Below, piece by piece: positions 62,370-64,000 of a DNA stretch of 64,000 nt. The notes under the pieces were generated by a model. That model did not search any database, had not been told where the DNA came from, and saw nothing but the letters and a program-made list of their open reading frames with translations. The stretch is taken from the NCBI GenBank assembly GCA_038231275.1, contig JBBRLQ010000007.1, positions 32,001-96,000 of the forward strand, in the 5' to 3' direction. The number at the start of each line of letters is the position of its first letter. The stretch's first letter is position 1. Origin of the DNA: Polyangiales bacterium. GTDB taxonomy: Bacteria; Myxococcota_A; Polyangia; Polyangiales; Polyangiaceae. The position numbers were made by a program, and so were the translations under genes.

Positions 62370-62930
62370 TCACTTGCAGGCGTCGGGGAAGCAGCCGCAC
62401 TGGCTGCCCTGGCACGTGCAGGTCGCATTTTCGCCGCACGCCGACGGATCGCCGACCTGGCACGTGTTCGTGCAGAAGTGCGCGTTGGGGTCGCCGAGCG
62501 TGGCGCAGAGGATCGCTTTGGAGTTGCCGAGGCAGTCGCCGAAGCCGTTGCAGTACTTGCCGACGCCGATCGAGTTGCCTTTGTCGCCGGGCTTGCCGCA
62601 GCCCTTGAATCCGGCCGCGTCGACCGAGTAGCCCGCGTCGACCGCGCCGGAGCTCGATCCGCCGCTCGACGAGCTGGCGCCCGAGCTGCCGCTGCTGCTG
62701 GAGGAGCCACCCGAGCTCGAGCCACCGCTGCTCGACGAGCTGCCGCCGGAGCTGCCGCTGCTGGAGCCGCCGGAGCTCCCCGCCGCGGTCCCCGAGCTCG
62801 AGCCCGGCGTCTTCGTCTCGCCTTCGGTGGACGAACCGGTGCCGTCACCGCCGCCGCACGCCGCCACGGCGAGCGCCGCCGCGAACGAGATCACGCCGAA
62901 CACGATGCTCTTCTTGTGGGCCTTCTTCAT
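62370..62930 (-). CDS. Lipoprotein with Ser/Gly linker and 12-Cys C-terminal domain
   Basis: AGGAGG RBS; VAAC lipobox; 12 Cys in the last ~76 aa. Confidence 0.85.
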   Translation of the reverse strand: MKKAHKKSIVFGVISFAAALAVAACGGGDGTGSSTEGETKTPGSSSGTAAGSSGGSSSGSSGGSSSSSGGSSSGGSSSSSGSSGASSSSGGSSSGAVDAGYSVDAAGFKGCGKPGDKGNSIGVGKYCNGFGDCLGNSKAILCATLGDPNAHFCTNTCQVGDPSACGENATCTCQGSQCGCFPDACK

Positions 62931-62986
62931 GACGCTCGTCCTCCTGGTGTCGCTGCCGTTGCCGTTGCCGTTGCCGCTCGCCGCTC

Positions 62987-63943
62987 TCAAAACGTCCCCC
63001 AGTGCCCGCCGTCGCAGGCGACGTTGCCGAGCCCCGCCCCGTCGACCGTCTGGCCGAACGCGACGCACATCTCGAGGCCGAACGGCAGATCGTGATCGGT
63101 GGTGTTGTTCCACGCGCACTTCACGTGAATCTCGTCGCCGGCCTTGAGCTCGTAGGGCGACGACGGATCGCGCCGCATCTCCGGCGGGTGGAAGACGAAC
63201 GCCGGATCCCAATCGACGTCGATGACGCGATCGACGGCGCCGTCGCGGATGCGGTCGATCGAGATGTGCTCGCCCCACGCGTGCATGTGCGGCTGGAGCA
63301 TCCAGAGCGAGACGTTCTGCTGCATCGTGCAGCGCACGTCGTAGGTCGAGTGCCCGGGCGTCGCGCGCATCTGCGTGTCGAGCCAGGTCGCGGCGCTCGT
63401 GCGGGTCACCTTCGCGCCGGGATCGGCGAAGTGGACGTTGACCGCGGACTGCGCATCGACCGTGGCGACGCCAGCGTTCAGGTAGTGATGATTCGCCACG
63501 ATTTGCGCCCCTTTGGGCACGCGCGCGACGAGGTTGCCGGGGAGCTTGGCGCTTCCCCCTTCGCCGCCGCCGCTCACGAAGCGGAACGACGCCATGTCGT
63601 CGTTGGTGCACTGGCGCGTCGTCCCCGCCGGCTCCTGGCGCTCGGTGTAGAAGAGGACGACGTGGTGGCCGGTTTTCGACTGGAACGTGTCGACCTCCTG
63701 CACGTCGAGATCGCGATCGGCGACGTGATCGGTCCACGTGCACCACTCCTCGCTCGCCTGCGGCGCGATGCCTTTGACGATCGGGAGGACGACTTGGAAT
63801 CCGTTCGCGGGCGGGGCGTCGACCTTGGTGCCGCCGAGGATCGTCATGCCGGCAGGCGTGACGGGCTCGTCGTGGGCGGCGGGCGTCGCGGACGATCCGC
63901 AGGCCGCGAGAGCGAGGAGCGTCGGGAAGAGGGGGCTTCGCAT
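62987..63943 (-). CDS. Copper type II (PHM/DBH-like) monooxygenase lipoprotein
   Basis: LAAC lipobox; GHHVVL, NHHYLN, PHMHAWG, EMC; AAGGAG RBS. Confidence 0.82.
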   Translation of the reverse strand: MRSPLFPTLLALAACGSSATPAAHDEPVTPAGMTILGGTKVDAPPANGFQVVLPIVKGIAPQASEEWCTWTDHVADRDLDVQEVDTFQSKTGHHVVLFYTERQEPAGTTRQCTNDDMASFRFVSGGGEGGSAKLPGNLVARVPKGAQIVANHHYLNAGVATVDAQSAVNVHFADPGAKVTRTSAATWLDTQMRATPGHSTYDVRCTMQQNVSLWMLQPHMHAWGEHISIDRIRDGAVDRVIDVDWDPAFVFHPPEMRRDPSSPYELKAGDEIHVKCAWNNTTDHDLPFGLEMCVAFGQTVDGAGLGNVACDGGHWGTF

Positions 63944-63972
63944 CGTCGTGTCTCCTTGTTGAAGAGACACAT

Positions 63973-63988
63973 CGCAACTGCCGTACCG
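63973..63988 (-). promoter_or_regulatory. Sigma54 -24/-12 promoter
   Basis: Minus strand CGGTACG-GCAG-TTGCG versus consensus TGGCACG-N4-TTGC; about 30 nt upstream of ATG 63943. Confidence 0.7.
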
Positions 63989-64000
63989 CGCTGCGCCGCG

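Noticed and set aside
62931-63977. 535-aa ORF extending the Cys-rich lipoprotein across the monooxygenase gene
   Set aside because: The extension is off-frame junk; AGGAGG RBS and lipobox fix the start at 62930. The same applies to the 5' extensions of ORFs 2367, 16638, 19433 and 33837

Overview
GC-rich (roughly 70%) bacterial chromosomal window. Gene content points to a myxobacterium (Myxococcota, probably Polyangiales): many Ser/Thr kinases, FHA-sigma54 activators, DUF4388 and PEGA domains, and Cys-rich lipoproteins. I count about 55 CDSs and see no rRNA, tRNA, CRISPR array, IS element or integrase. Housekeeping genes (glnE, guaB, lipB, cobB, hflX, mlaD, MATE) alternate with signalling and envelope modules. 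Highlights: (1) an exported caspase/beta-barrel + Cys-rich lipoprotein + ECF sigma + zinc anti-sigma operon; (2) a copper type II monooxygenase and a 12-Cys lipoprotein behind a sigma54-type promoter, followed by an FHA-EBP, a TPR/PEGA protein and a kinase; (3) a HARE-HTH/dead-Mrr protein; (4) a REC-Hpt protein that has lost both phospho-acceptors, beside a diguanylate cyclase; (5) a MarR-BKACE-hydratase-carboxyltransferase operon with a clear operator; (6) a triple-hairpin leader before an SPFH operon; (7) an AT-rich 11-6-11 palindrome overwriting the 3' end of cobB; (8) a probable ATT start for lipB; (9) widespread signatures of leaderless mRNAs. All calls come from motif recognition by eye; no database search was run.
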